The notes under the pieces were generated by a model. It was not told the origin of the DNA, did not search any database, and worked only from the letters and a program-made list of their open reading frames with translations. From an uncultured bacterium (GTDB lineage Bacteria > Chloroflexota > UBA5177 > JANWHV01), in NCBI GenBank assembly GCA_963827235.1, contig CAWHAE010000012.1, forward strand, positions 960,001 through 1,024,000: a DNA stretch of 64,000 nt. Reading direction: 5' to 3'. A program made the translations under genes and the position numbers. Positions 39,889 to 49,566 of this stretch are shown here, piece by piece; the first letter of the stretch is position 1, and each line of letters begins with the position of its first letter.

Positions 39889-40968
39889 ATGAAACGACTG
39901 ATTCCTTCCAGGTCCGCAGCTGCTATTGTTCTGGCCGGGATTGTCGTCCTGCCGTGCCCTGTCCACACTCCGAGCGCGAATTCAGCCTCCGCCGCGGGCC
40001 TGAAGCACCTTGGGATGATCATTGCGACCCGGGCCGGAACCGCATTACCGGCGATGGTGCAAGGCGGCTTGTATGCCTCTTACGACGTGGGCGGCATCGA
40101 TCTGCAAATTGTGGGCCCGACACAACTGGACGGGCCGTTGCAGGTCAAGATGCTGCAGACGCTCGCCGCGAGCGCCCGGGACGGCATCGTCGAGGAGAAC
40201 CTCACACCGGCCCTGTTCACAAAGCCGATAGCACAGATCATTGCCAAGGGCATCCCGGTCGTGGCGATGGATTCTGTACCCACGCCCGGCAGCAATGTCA
40301 GCCTCTATGTCGGCAACGACGACTATGCCATGGGCCAGACATTGGCCCAGCAAGTCATCAAAGCGCTGCCGGCAAGGGCTTCCGGCACCATCGTGGTCAA
40401 CGATCCAATTCATGGCTCGTCGGTGTTCGGCTTACGGGCCCAGGGCGCCGTGGATGCATTTGCCAAGGTGGTACCGAAGGTCAAGATAGTCGAATCCTAC
40501 GCCTCCTGCATGGCTGGGCTTGACGCGGCGTGCCATAGGAGCATCTTGTCGGTAGTCAAGGCCAACGCGCATGCGCTGGCCATCGTCACCACCAACAGTA
40601 CCGACGCCTACATACTTGCCCAAGTGAAACAGGAAGTGGGCGGCAAGTTCCTCATAGCGGGGTTTGACCTGGCACCCCAAACGCTGCAGGCGATCAAGGA
40701 CGGCAGTGTGCTTTGCACCATATCGCCGGAACAGTATCTCAAGGGCTACGTGGCCACGCGGCTGTTAGCAGAGGCAGCCCAGACCGGCAAGCCACTACCC
40801 AAGGGCTGGTTTGACTTGCCGGGCGTCGTCATCGATCAGAGCCTTGTCGACGTGATCATGATCAGGCAGTTGTCCGACGCCAACATGCGAGACTGGCTCC
40901 GTCCCGAGATAGCCAAGATCTTCGATAACATCACACCCTACATGAGGCCGCTGAGTGCCGCAAGATAG
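39889..40968 (+). CDS. Orphan sugar-binding periplasmic-type protein (Peripla_BP_4/RbsB-like)
   Basis: GGGAGG RBS and signal peptide; KGIPVVAMD, YVGNDDYAMG, R..G, IAGFD, IKDG...TI.PEQYLKGY. Confidence 0.85.
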   Translation: MKRLIPSRSAAAIVLAGIVVLPCPVHTPSANSASAAGLKHLGMIIATRAGTALPAMVQGGLYASYDVGGIDLQIVGPTQLDGPLQVKMLQTLAASARDGIVEENLTPALFTKPIAQIIAKGIPVVAMDSVPTPGSNVSLYVGNDDYAMGQTLAQQVIKALPARASGTIVVNDPIHGSSVFGLRAQGAVDAFAKVVPKVKIVESYASCMAGLDAACHRSILSVVKANAHALAIVTTNSTDAYILAQVKQEVGGKFLIAGFDLAPQTLQAIKDGSVLCTISPEQYLKGYVATRLLAEAAQTGKPLPKGWFDLPGVVIDQSLVDVIMIRQLSDANMRDWLRPEIAKIFDNITPYMRPLSAAR

Positions 40969-40998
40969 GAGACGGATCCAGGTCGAGTCCCGACACGC

Positions 40999-42702
40999 TC
41001 AAGTGCTGGGAGCTGCGTTGATCTGTGCCGAGTCAGAACCCGCGATAAGCAACTGCAGCCGAAACGTGCTGCCATCCGGCCCACTGCTTTCCAGATCCAG
41101 AGTGCCTCCCATGGCATCCGCATAGGCCTTGCCGAGATAGAGTCCCAGACCCGTGCCGACGTGGCCTGAGCGCACTCGGCTGCCAGGTATGCGTCCGAAT
41201 CGCGTAAAGAGGTGTGACCTGTCGCGCTCGGCGATGCCGGGCCCGTAATCGCGCACCCGAACCAGTACCGTTCGGCCCTCGGCGCTCCACGTCACGGAAA
41301 TCGGTCGTCCTTCGGGAGAGTATTTGGCTGCGTTGTCTACGAGGTTAGTGAGAATCAGCGTCATGCGATGACTGTCGGCGAGCGCGCAAACCTCGCTCGG
41401 TCCAGCCAGATCGATGCGTTGGCCCGCGTAGACGCCCTTCACTTCGTCGGCAACGTGACGTACGGCCTCGGAAACGTCCACTGGTGAGAGCTGCAAGGAG
41501 GCCGGATTATCCGCGAGACCAGCCAGCAGAAGCAGATCATCGACAAGATGTTTCTGGCGGTTCGCCGATAGCACGATGCGATTGATCCGGTCGAGACGCT
41601 TCACATCGTCCATCTGGTGCCATCGTGCCTGGAGTAGCTCGCCGTAACCGATGATCGAAGCCAGCGGAGTGCGGAGCTCGTGGCTGATCGACGCGACAAA
41701 ATCGCTTCGAATCTGGGCCAAGGCGAACGCCGCGCCAAGTGTAGTCTTCAAGTCCCGAGCTTCCGTCTGCGAAGCCGCGTTCGCCACCTGGCCGACCATA
41801 GCCTGGAGTTGCTGCCGGGCATCCTCATAAGCATTTATCGTTCGGCGAACGGTATCGATAATCAAGCGGGTCGCTTCTGCGGTCTGGCCGATCTCATCTC
41901 TGCTGACCGCCGCCGGCAGCCGGGCTGTAGTACTGACCCTAACTGTGAGGTCGCCATGAGATAGGGCGGTCATAGCGCTAGCTAGATCATGGATGTCGTA
42001 CAGCGCCAGTTCTGTCGAACAGCGGCTCACCTCGCGCAGGGGCCGGGCGATGGCGTGCGCGATCACTACTCCCAGCACGATGGCTAGCACCATGGCCAGC
42101 ACGCCTACCGCCACCAGCTGCTGCATCGCCGTGGTGGCCGTCGATTGACCCTGAGTAGCACCGTTGTCCAGGTACTTCTGGTTAAGCGTGACTAACTGAT
42201 GGAGCGCAGACGACAGTGAGGCTTCGGCTTGCGCCTCAGTCACCAACGATAGCTGAGTAACGATCGACGACACGGTTACATCTGTGCTCACGCTGAGTTG
42301 TTGTGTCTTCTCATTCAGGGTCATCCAGCGGCGCAACAATCCGCTTACGAGCTTGGTTTCTTTCACGTCTTCTGCGCTGGTCGGCGTCAGCGCTTCGTAG
42401 GACGCGAACTGTGCCCAGGCATTTTCCCGCGCGGCTTGCGCAGACTCGGCTTCGCGTGCGGCCTGTTGTTTGTCAAAGGTCATGATGCTGCCGCGCGTGA
42501 AGTTCATCGCCGCGGTGAGATCGCCATCAGCCTTGAGGAGATAGATAAGGCGAGGAGCGGACTGGGTGAGTCCGACAAGCTTGCTCTCCGTACTGCTGAG
42601 CCCAGAGTAGCCGGCCAGCGCGACGACGCCTGCCAGCAGCGCCACCAGCACAAAGCTACCAATCAGCTTCGGCGTCATACTGAGATTCCGAAACCAGCTC
42701 AT
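40999..42702 (-). CDS. Sensor histidine kinase with an MCP-type four-helix sensor and HAMP domains
   Basis: WFRNLS...KLIGSF (MCP-like start), two TM segments, IARPL...RDEIGQ. Kinase core: FVASISHELRTPL, NLVDNAAKYS, DYGPGI, GTGLGL. Confidence 0.9.
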   Translation of the reverse strand: MSWFRNLSMTPKLIGSFVLVALLAGVVALAGYSGLSSTESKLVGLTQSAPRLIYLLKADGDLTAAMNFTRGSIMTFDKQQAAREAESAQAARENAWAQFASYEALTPTSAEDVKETKLVSGLLRRWMTLNEKTQQLSVSTDVTVSSIVTQLSLVTEAQAEASLSSALHQLVTLNQKYLDNGATQGQSTATTAMQQLVAVGVLAMVLAIVLGVVIAHAIARPLREVSRCSTELALYDIHDLASAMTALSHGDLTVRVSTTARLPAAVSRDEIGQTAEATRLIIDTVRRTINAYEDARQQLQAMVGQVANAASQTEARDLKTTLGAAFALAQIRSDFVASISHELRTPLASIIGYGELLQARWHQMDDVKRLDRINRIVLSANRQKHLVDDLLLLAGLADNPASLQLSPVDVSEAVRHVADEVKGVYAGQRIDLAGPSEVCALADSHRMTLILTNLVDNAAKYSPEGRPISVTWSAEGRTVLVRVRDYGPGIAERDRSHLFTRFGRIPGSRVRSGHVGTGLGLYLGKAYADAMGGTLDLESSGPDGSTFRLQLLIAGSDSAQINAAPST

Positions 42703-43502
42703 CGAGGGATGCCTCCTCATCGCGGCAGCCGTGAGACAGAGTTCTCTTGCGTGGAGTCTAGACTATCGTACTCCCAACAGCTATCCCCAGCGTTGACGCG
42801 CAGTTGGTCCCTCTGGCCGAGTCGCGTTCGCCGATCAGCCCGGCTCTTCACTAGGCCACCGGAGCGTTCAGACTTGCACCGACGACGCGCGTCTGCATTG
42901 TTCGCACATCCACAGCATGCCGGTGACGGAGCCCAATACTACAGCCACCGCTACGCCACCAAATAAGCAGTAGGATTACGGCGACCTGCAGGGGAACAGT
43001 CGCCTACTCGTAGCCGCACCTCGGCATTGCCGAGAAGCGACCCGTGACAATCGGCGAGCGGTAGAGCGTGACGCCGACGCCGGTCTCCAGAATTATCCCG
43101 GCCTTTACATTCCCGGGCTCGTGGCGACCCTCCAACTGTTGGGGGCAGAAGCACCTGGCACATCCGCACGCCTACCCGGCCTGCAGCCAAGAGATCAGCT
43201 TCACGTGGGTGATCATGTGAGTCCTGTGTGGCCCGGCTTGCCGGCAGCTTCCACAATAGGGACTGGGTGGCCACCACGGAACCGCATATCGACACCAGAT
43301 CTCCGGTTGGAACTACAGCCGCGCTCAGTGCAGGTGATCGCTCTCTCCAGCAAGTGAGTTGCTGCCCACACTTCGCGGGCATGGCTGCCACGCGTCGGCT
43401 GCGCGGCGCGGTCGCCGGCCGGTACGGCGTCGGCAAGAGTTGGAGCAGACCGTCCAGTTCGCGTGACGGTCAGACACGTCGGTTGCTCTTTTCGGGGAGG
43501 AC

Positions 43503-44048
43503 ATGATGAAGCCCGCGGCAATTACACTTGGTGCAGCGCTCCTGGCAAGTCAGCTCGCCGGCGGTGCATCGTCTGTTGGAGCGATCCGGCTCAGCGGGGG
43601 TACGATCCACGTGTTCGTGACACCCGGCAACGGGGCGGGCGGCACGATTCTGATCACCGGCGCGATTGGAGACGCCGGCAAAACGCTCAACATCGACAAG
43701 GATGGCAAGCCCGATCCCAACGGCGATTACGGCCGTCTCACTTTTCGAGCGGGTACCTTCGAGGTCAACCTTACCAAGCTACAGGCCGCCGAAAACGCTA
43801 TGCAGCCGACCGTGAACCCTATGACCTGTTCGGGCTACGCATCCGTGGCGGAGCCGGTCACCGCTTTTGGCGGCACGGGAGCGTACAAGGGCATCGCCGG
43901 GACCGTGCACATCACTTCGCTGTTTGGCTTCATTCTCCCCCGGTACGCAAGCGGTGCGAAGAAGGGCCAGTGCAACGAGAGTGACAGCGCCGAGCCCATC
44001 GCCCAGTATGCCTCGGTGACCGGCACGGGGACCGTGAGCTTTAGCTAG
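43503..44048 (+). CDS. Secreted hypothetical beta-rich protein
   Basis: GGGGAGG RBS, signal peptide and GGTGAYKGIAGT motif (dirigent/AOC-like barrel by inference). Confidence 0.75.
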   Translation: MMKPAAITLGAALLASQLAGGASSVGAIRLSGGTIHVFVTPGNGAGGTILITGAIGDAGKTLNIDKDGKPDPNGDYGRLTFRAGTFEVNLTKLQAAENAMQPTVNPMTCSGYASVAEPVTAFGGTGAYKGIAGTVHITSLFGFILPRYASGAKKGQCNESDSAEPIAQYASVTGTGTVSFS

Positions 44049-44366
44049 AGCGAACGTGCCCAGATCCCGTCGCGGCTGACGACACGTTGATGTTATCGAC
44101 GCCGCGATGGGACTGGGCAGCGTTGCAAGCAGGGTCTCCGGCATCGGAGCATCATGAGTGACTCGCAGCTCGGCGACCGTACCGACGTCAATGGGCGGGG
44201 CAGGGAGCGACGGCGGGACTGATTGACCAGCACGCCCGAAGTGATTCAGACCCCGGATGGAGGAGCGCGGCGAGCGGGCGTGTTCTTGCCGCGAGAACAC
44301 AGCCGGGTGCCGCGGCGTGCCCTCGGCGCCGGGATCTGCCCCCGCAGTGCCGGTCACTATGGACTG

Positions 44367-44813
44367 CTAGTCAGCGCTTGCCAGCCAGCCTTCTGCCTCC
44401 TCAAGCGACGCGAAGGATCGCGTCTCACGCTTGAGCCCCCGCTTCGTATCCGTGCTCACTATCCGGTCGACGGAGAGCGCGCCGACTGGGGACGCCGGCA
44501 CGACCACGGCCGAGCGATTCATGCCTGCCGCAACGAAGCGAGGCATAAGGTCCGCCGTGAACCAGGCCTGATCGGACGCCTGCACGACCTTGAGAGCACG
44601 CGTATCAAACATCACCTTCGTGCCGCGATTCCGCCTGAGCGCCCCGATCGCCGCTTCGTGTGCCGCGTGGTAGTGCTCCGAGGTCGGCGCGTCGCGCCAC
44701 TCCACGTAGAGATAGCCGCCCTCAGGCACCCAGCGCACGGTGCAGTATGGGTTCTCGTAGTCTGCAGGAACGCTCGGAGGCGGGTCGGGTCGGCGTACAA
44801 GATCCTCGTCCAT
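44367..44813 (-). CDS. STAS/SEC14 (SpoIIAA-like) domain protein
   Basis: YLYVEW...KVMFDTR....DQAW...PRFVAAGMNRSAVVVP...FASLEEAEGWL; GGAGG RBS. Confidence 0.8.
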   Translation of the reverse strand: MDEDLVRRPDPPPSVPADYENPYCTVRWVPEGGYLYVEWRDAPTSEHYHAAHEAAIGALRRNRGTKVMFDTRALKVVQASDQAWFTADLMPRFVAAGMNRSAVVVPASPVGALSVDRIVSTDTKRGLKRETRSFASLEEAEGWLASAD

Positions 44814-45162
44814 TGGGAAGGTCCTCCCCTATGCTGTCGAACTCTCCAGGAAATCCCCCATGCGCCTGATTCTATGCATCGAATCGGACAGTCGTCCAGG
44901 ACGGGCTCGAGCTCCGGTGGGCCGATCCCGTGGCAGCAGAGGCGGGAATTCGGCCGAAAAACTGGTAAAGTGACCTATAGGGTAGTGCAAACGGGTGTCA
45001 AGTGTGGATGCTGCAGGAGTGCGTCCTGCCGATTCGCTGTGGAAAGGGCAGCGATTCTGCAGCATGGAAACCGGGCAAAGCTCCGCGCATGAACGGCCAA
45101 ACCTGATCAGCCTTGATGCCGCCGGCGACGGTGATAAGAACGAGCATATGGAGGAGACGGAC

Positions 45163-45579
45163 GTGGCTGAGCGTGTGTACGTTTGTGGAAACAGCAGGTA
45201 TCCGAGCATGGACGATGTCGTGGAGTATGTGACTGCGCTTCCACCGGCGACCGTTGTCTTGCTCGACGGGACAGAGGGCGTCGAGAAAGCAGCTGCCCGA
45301 GCTGCCGAGGCGCGTGGTCTTGCCGTGGAGTACGATCTGCCGGACTGGAGCACCGGCACACACGCCGGCTTTGCCAACAGCGCTCGGCTCGTGGAGCGGG
45401 CTGACCGCGTGGTGGTATTTCGTGCCGGTGGCTCGCCGGGCACGATGGTGGCTATTCGTGAGGCGGTGAAGGCCGGCAAACCGACGCGCGTGTTCTCACC
45501 CAACTGGGCACCGTATCCGGAAGGGTTGCCAGGCGACGAGTACCCTGGCGCCGAGGCACCCTCGCAGGAGATGGCCTAA
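45163..45579 (+). CDS. SLOG (YspA/DUF2493-like) Rossmann-fold protein
   Basis: RVYVCG..., G..GVE..A..AA, PDW, ADRVVVF...SPGT...I..A...GKP. GGAGG precedes GTG 45163; alternative ATG at 45148. Confidence 0.72.
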   Translation: MAERVYVCGNSRYPSMDDVVEYVTALPPATVVLLDGTEGVEKAAARAAEARGLAVEYDLPDWSTGTHAGFANSARLVERADRVVVFRAGGSPGTMVAIREAVKAGKPTRVFSPNWAPYPEGLPGDEYPGAEAPSQEMA

Positions 45580-45651
45580 CTGGACGGCTGTGTGGGCGCA
45601 GCAATGTCGGAGTTTACCGACGACCTCTGTGGCACCGGCGCCACAGCCGGA

Positions 45652-47403
45652 TCAGTCTGGACTTGGATGTTCTCGCCGCAAGATCTCCGTGGCCTGCCAA
45701 TCGATCCGATAGTGGCCGGGCAGGCGTACGAGGCTGCCGGCATCGCCCAGATACTCAATCGCCACGCCGTAGTCCCGCTCGCCGGCCTCCAGCGACACGT
45801 AGCCGTTGACCACGTCCGCCAGCACGGCTTCAGGGCGCCGGTGCCGGGGGTCGCCGAAACCGCCTCCCCCGGGCATGAGCAGATCGACGCGCTGCTCGGG
45901 CTCCAGTGCCAGGAGCGCTTTCGGCTGCGGATGCGATCCATCTGAACGGATGAACGAGCCCAGCGCACCGGGATGGCCGCCGCGCAATCCCGTGCCGGGA
46001 AAGCGCGTGCGGTCGATCATGGCCGAGACCGTCCACGGCTGGTCGGTGCGGCAGGCCATGTCGATGTGCTGGCCGAGGCCGCCCCGCCACCGACCAGCAC
46101 CGCCGCTGTCGGTCACTAACTCGCGCCTGTACTGCACCAGCGGCGAAAGTGTCTCCACCACTTCAGCCGGAACGCCCGCCACGCCGCTGGGAAAGCCCGT
46201 GGTGCTCAGCCCATCCTTGCTCGATCGCGCACCCATGCCACCGCAGCTGAACAGGGTAAACGTGAAGGGGGCGACAGGAGACCGTTGGCCGCGCCACACG
46301 GTGATCCACACGGCCTCCGCACCGCCGGCCACGACGCGATCGGGCATCGCATTCGACAGGGCACCGAGTATGACGCAGGGCAGAAAGTGACCGATGATAT
46401 GCCGCGAGGCGACCGCCGCCGGCTCCGTGCAGTTCAGGATGGATCCCAGCGGGGCCGACACGTGCACCGGCCGGAATGACCCTTCGTTGTGCGGCACGTC
46501 GGGACTGATGGCCGCTTTCACGGCGAAGGAGGCGTAGGCATGGGTGTAGTTGAGCACCACGTTGATGCCGCGGCGGCTTTGTGCCGACGACCCGGCGAAG
46601 TCGACGTAAATGTCCTCATCCTCCACCGTCACAGTTACGCGGATGAGAATCGGCTCCTCGAATCCGTCGCTCCAGGCCTCGTCCGCGTACACGCCGTTCG
46701 GGATCTGGCCGATTGCATCGCGCATCGCGCGTTCAGAGCGCGTAATAATCTCGTCCGCCAGGGGGTCGATCGAATCCAGGTGAAACTCGTCCATGAAGCG
46801 CAGCAAGTGCTGGCTGCCTCGTTCGTTGCAGGCTGCCTGCGCATAGAGGTCGCCGATGGTTTCATCGGGTGTCCTCACGTTCGCGCGGATCAGCGCGATC
46901 AGCGTCTCGCACGGGCGCCCCTGCTCGAAGAGCTTCATGATCGGAATGCGCAGTCCCTCTTCAAAAACCTCACGTGCTTCGGCCGACAGCAGGCGCCCGC
47001 CGATATCCGCGGTGTGGCAGGTGTTTGCGAAGTAGCCGGCGATGTGCCCATGGCTGAACACCGGCGTCACAACGGTGATGTCGTTGATCTGGCCGGAGGT
47101 CTGCCACGGGTCGTTCGTCAAGAGGACGTCTCCCGGCCGCAGGCTTTCTTCCGGGTAGCACGCGAGAAAGTGCCGCACGCCGGTAGCCATGGCATTGATG
47201 TGGCCCGGCGTGCCAGTGAGCGATTGAGCCACCATGTAGCCTCGCCTGTCGAACACGCCGCAGGCCAGGTCCTGCGACTCGCGCACAACCGTGCTGAAGG
47301 CGGTGCGCATGAGCGTGATCTGCTGTTCGTTGACGACCGAGAGCAGCCGGTTCCAGAGCACTTCCAGTGCGATCGAGTCCAGTGACTTCTCCGCACCAGT
47401 CAT
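45652..47403 (-). CDS. Hydantoinase B / 5-oxoprolinase subunit
   Basis: RTAFS.VVRESQD, PGH, NDPW, HTADIGG, EEGLRIP, DSGGAGRWRGGLG, PGGGGFGDP. ATGA overlap with subunit A. Confidence 0.92.
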   Translation of the reverse strand: MTGAEKSLDSIALEVLWNRLLSVVNEQQITLMRTAFSTVVRESQDLACGVFDRRGYMVAQSLTGTPGHINAMATGVRHFLACYPEESLRPGDVLLTNDPWQTSGQINDITVVTPVFSHGHIAGYFANTCHTADIGGRLLSAEAREVFEEGLRIPIMKLFEQGRPCETLIALIRANVRTPDETIGDLYAQAACNERGSQHLLRFMDEFHLDSIDPLADEIITRSERAMRDAIGQIPNGVYADEAWSDGFEEPILIRVTVTVEDEDIYVDFAGSSAQSRRGINVVLNYTHAYASFAVKAAISPDVPHNEGSFRPVHVSAPLGSILNCTEPAAVASRHIIGHFLPCVILGALSNAMPDRVVAGGAEAVWITVWRGQRSPVAPFTFTLFSCGGMGARSSKDGLSTTGFPSGVAGVPAEVVETLSPLVQYRRELVTDSGGAGRWRGGLGQHIDMACRTDQPWTVSAMIDRTRFPGTGLRGGHPGALGSFIRSDGSHPQPKALLALEPEQRVDLLMPGGGGFGDPRHRRPEAVLADVVNGYVSLEAGERDYGVAIEYLGDAGSLVRLPGHYRIDWQATEILRREHPSPD

Positions 47404-49550
47404 GGCGTGACCTCGTGTGCGACTTGCTCGCCTATGTCCACGACCAGATTCAGCCGCTCGTCCACGCACGCGCGATCGCCAAGTCCCATGATCAACGTCG
47501 ACTCCCGTTCTTCCACGATGGCCGGACCATCCAGCGCGCCGCCGGGTGCCAGTAGGTAGCGGTCATAGACCGGTGTCTCGATAGACCGCTTCCTCACGGG
47601 GCAATACGCGCGTCGATAGCCTTTGAGAGCGGTCGCCGCCTTTGTCCCGCCCGCGGGAGAGTGCGACAATCGAAGCGCCGGATTTGGCCCGGACGAGACA
47701 ACGCGCCAGTTGACTATCTCCACGGCGACCGGCGGCCCTTGCCGCCCATACGTCTCGAGATAAGCGTGCTCGAAGTCAGCGCGCAAACCGCCGGCGGATG
47801 CGGAGTCGAGGATGCGGCTTGGCACGGGAACGCGCACTTCGTGACCCTGCCCGATATACCTCATGTCCGCGCTGCGCGTATGGGTGATGGCTTCGTCCGT
47901 CAGGCCGGAGGCAGTCAGTATTGCGCGGCCTTCGCCCTCCATGGACGCGAAGAGCGCGTTGGCTCGATTCCAGTCGGCGCCTTCCAGCGGCACCTGCCAG
48001 GAGCGGGAGAAGTCGAAGGCTAGCGGCGCGGCAAGGAAACCCACGGTGCTCATGACTCCGGCACCGAGCGGCGCGACTACGAGCGGCGCGCCGAGCAGGC
48101 GCGCCACGGCGCAGGCGTGCAGCGGACCGGCCCCGCCGAAGGCGAACAGCGGCAGGCCACGGGGGTTCATGCCGCGCTCAGTTGCGTGGACGCGTGCCGC
48201 GTTGGCCATGTTCTCGTTCACGATCTGGCAGATGCCCCAGGCGGCCACCTCTACAGTTACCGCCAGCGCTCTGGCGATATGCTCGTCGATCGCCACGCGC
48301 GCCGCATCCTCGCCAAGTGCCATCCGCCCGCCAAGAAAGAAGCGCGGATCGAGATAACCCAGGACGACGTTGGCGTCCGTCACCGTGGGAGCGATACCGC
48401 CCAGCATGTAGCAAGCCGGTCCCGGATCGGCGCCGGCGGAGGCAGGACCCACCTTGAGCAGTCCAAAGTCGTCGATGCACGCGATAGACCCACCTCCGGC
48501 GCCGATTTCGATCATCTCGATAACCGGTGTCTTGATGGGAAGGCCGGACCCTCGCTTGAATCGGTACTTTCGGTCCACTTCGAACTCAAAGGTGACCCGC
48601 GGACGGCCGTCTTCGATCGCGCAGAGCTTCGCAGTGGTTCCACCCATGTCGAATGAGAGGAGGTTGGGGTACCCGCAGTCCTTGCCGTATGCCGCCGCAG
48701 CCAGCGCACCGGCGGCGGGGCCGGATTCCAGGAGCCTTATCGGGAACCGCGTTGCCGTCTCCACCGTCGCGATTCCTCCGCTGGAGAGCATGACGAAGAA
48801 GTGCCCGCCGAATCCGCGCCGCACTAGCCTAACTTGCAGCTCGCGCAGGTAGCGTTCGACAAGCGCCTGAACGTACACGTTGGCGATAGTCGTGGAAGTG
48901 CGCTCGTACTCGCGGATCTCGGGCGCTACCTCGGACGAGATGGAGACGTGGAGATCCGGAGCCGCGCGCAGCACGGCGTCGCGGGCTTCCTGCTCGGGGC
49001 GAGGGTTCCTAAAGCTGTGCAGAAAGGAGACGGCAACGGCGGTGACGCCATTCTCGGCAAGCTCTCGTGCCAGGCGGCCCACGAAGGCCGTGTCCAGCTC
49101 CTGATACGTCGAACCGTCGGCCAGCGTGCGCTGCGGCACGTCGAAGCGCAGGTACCGCGGGACAAGTGGCGGCGGCAGCTCGAGTGACAGGTCGTAGAGA
49201 TCGTAGCGGTTCTCACGTCCGATCTCGATGCAGTCGCGAAATCCCTGGCTCGTGAGCAGCGCTGTCAAGGCGCCGGAGCGCTCGATGATTGCATTGGTGA
49301 CCAGTGTCGTGCCGTGAACGAGATGGCGGATGTCGCCGAACGCGATGCCGGCGCCAAGGAGGACGTCTGAAAGCACGTGCTCGACCGCCTGCGACGGGTC
49401 GCGCGGCGTGGTAAGTGTCTTGCCGATGGCAAACTCACCGGTTTCATCGTCTACGACGACGAGGTCGGTAAACGTGCCGCCGATGTCTACACCTGCGCGG
49501 TAATGTCCCGATACCTGTGCCGCCTTGCCCGCGGCGAATTCCGCCGTCAC
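47400..49550 (-). CDS. Hydantoinase A / 5-oxoprolinase subunit
   Basis: GVDIGGTFTD, HGTTLVTNA, EYERTSTT, ESGPAAG, DMGGTT, GAGGGS, PTVTDA, FGGAGPLH, RYIGQGHE. Confidence 0.93.
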   Translation of the reverse strand: MTAEFAAGKAAQVSGHYRAGVDIGGTFTDLVVVDDETGEFAIGKTLTTPRDPSQAVEHVLSDVLLGAGIAFGDIRHLVHGTTLVTNAIIERSGALTALLTSQGFRDCIEIGRENRYDLYDLSLELPPPLVPRYLRFDVPQRTLADGSTYQELDTAFVGRLARELAENGVTAVAVSFLHSFRNPRPEQEARDAVLRAAPDLHVSISSEVAPEIREYERTSTTIANVYVQALVERYLRELQVRLVRRGFGGHFFVMLSSGGIATVETATRFPIRLLESGPAAGALAAAAYGKDCGYPNLLSFDMGGTTAKLCAIEDGRPRVTFEFEVDRKYRFKRGSGLPIKTPVIEMIEIGAGGGSIACIDDFGLLKVGPASAGADPGPACYMLGGIAPTVTDANVVLGYLDPRFFLGGRMALGEDAARVAIDEHIARALAVTVEVAAWGICQIVNENMANAARVHATERGMNPRGLPLFAFGGAGPLHACAVARLLGAPLVVAPLGAGVMSTVGFLAAPLAFDFSRSWQVPLEGADWNRANALFASMEGEGRAILTASGLTDEAITHTRSADMRYIGQGHEVRVPVPSRILDSASAGGLRADFEHAYLETYGRQGPPVAVEIVNWRVVSSGPNPALRLSHSPAGGTKAATALKGYRRAYCPVRKRSIETPVYDRYLLAPGGALDGPAIVEERESTLIMGLGDRACVDERLNLVVDIGEQVAHEVTP

Positions 49551-49566
49551 TTACCTCTCCTCATCA

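Noticed and set aside
43121-43357. 78-aa ORF ending LRLELQPRSVQVIAL, resembling a glycosidase C-terminal strand
   Set aside because: Similarity too short to call.
45005-45110. Hairpin and GGGCAAA as a c-di-GMP riboswitch
   Set aside because: An imperfect stem exists, but the consensus architecture is not matched; an Rfam scan would be needed.
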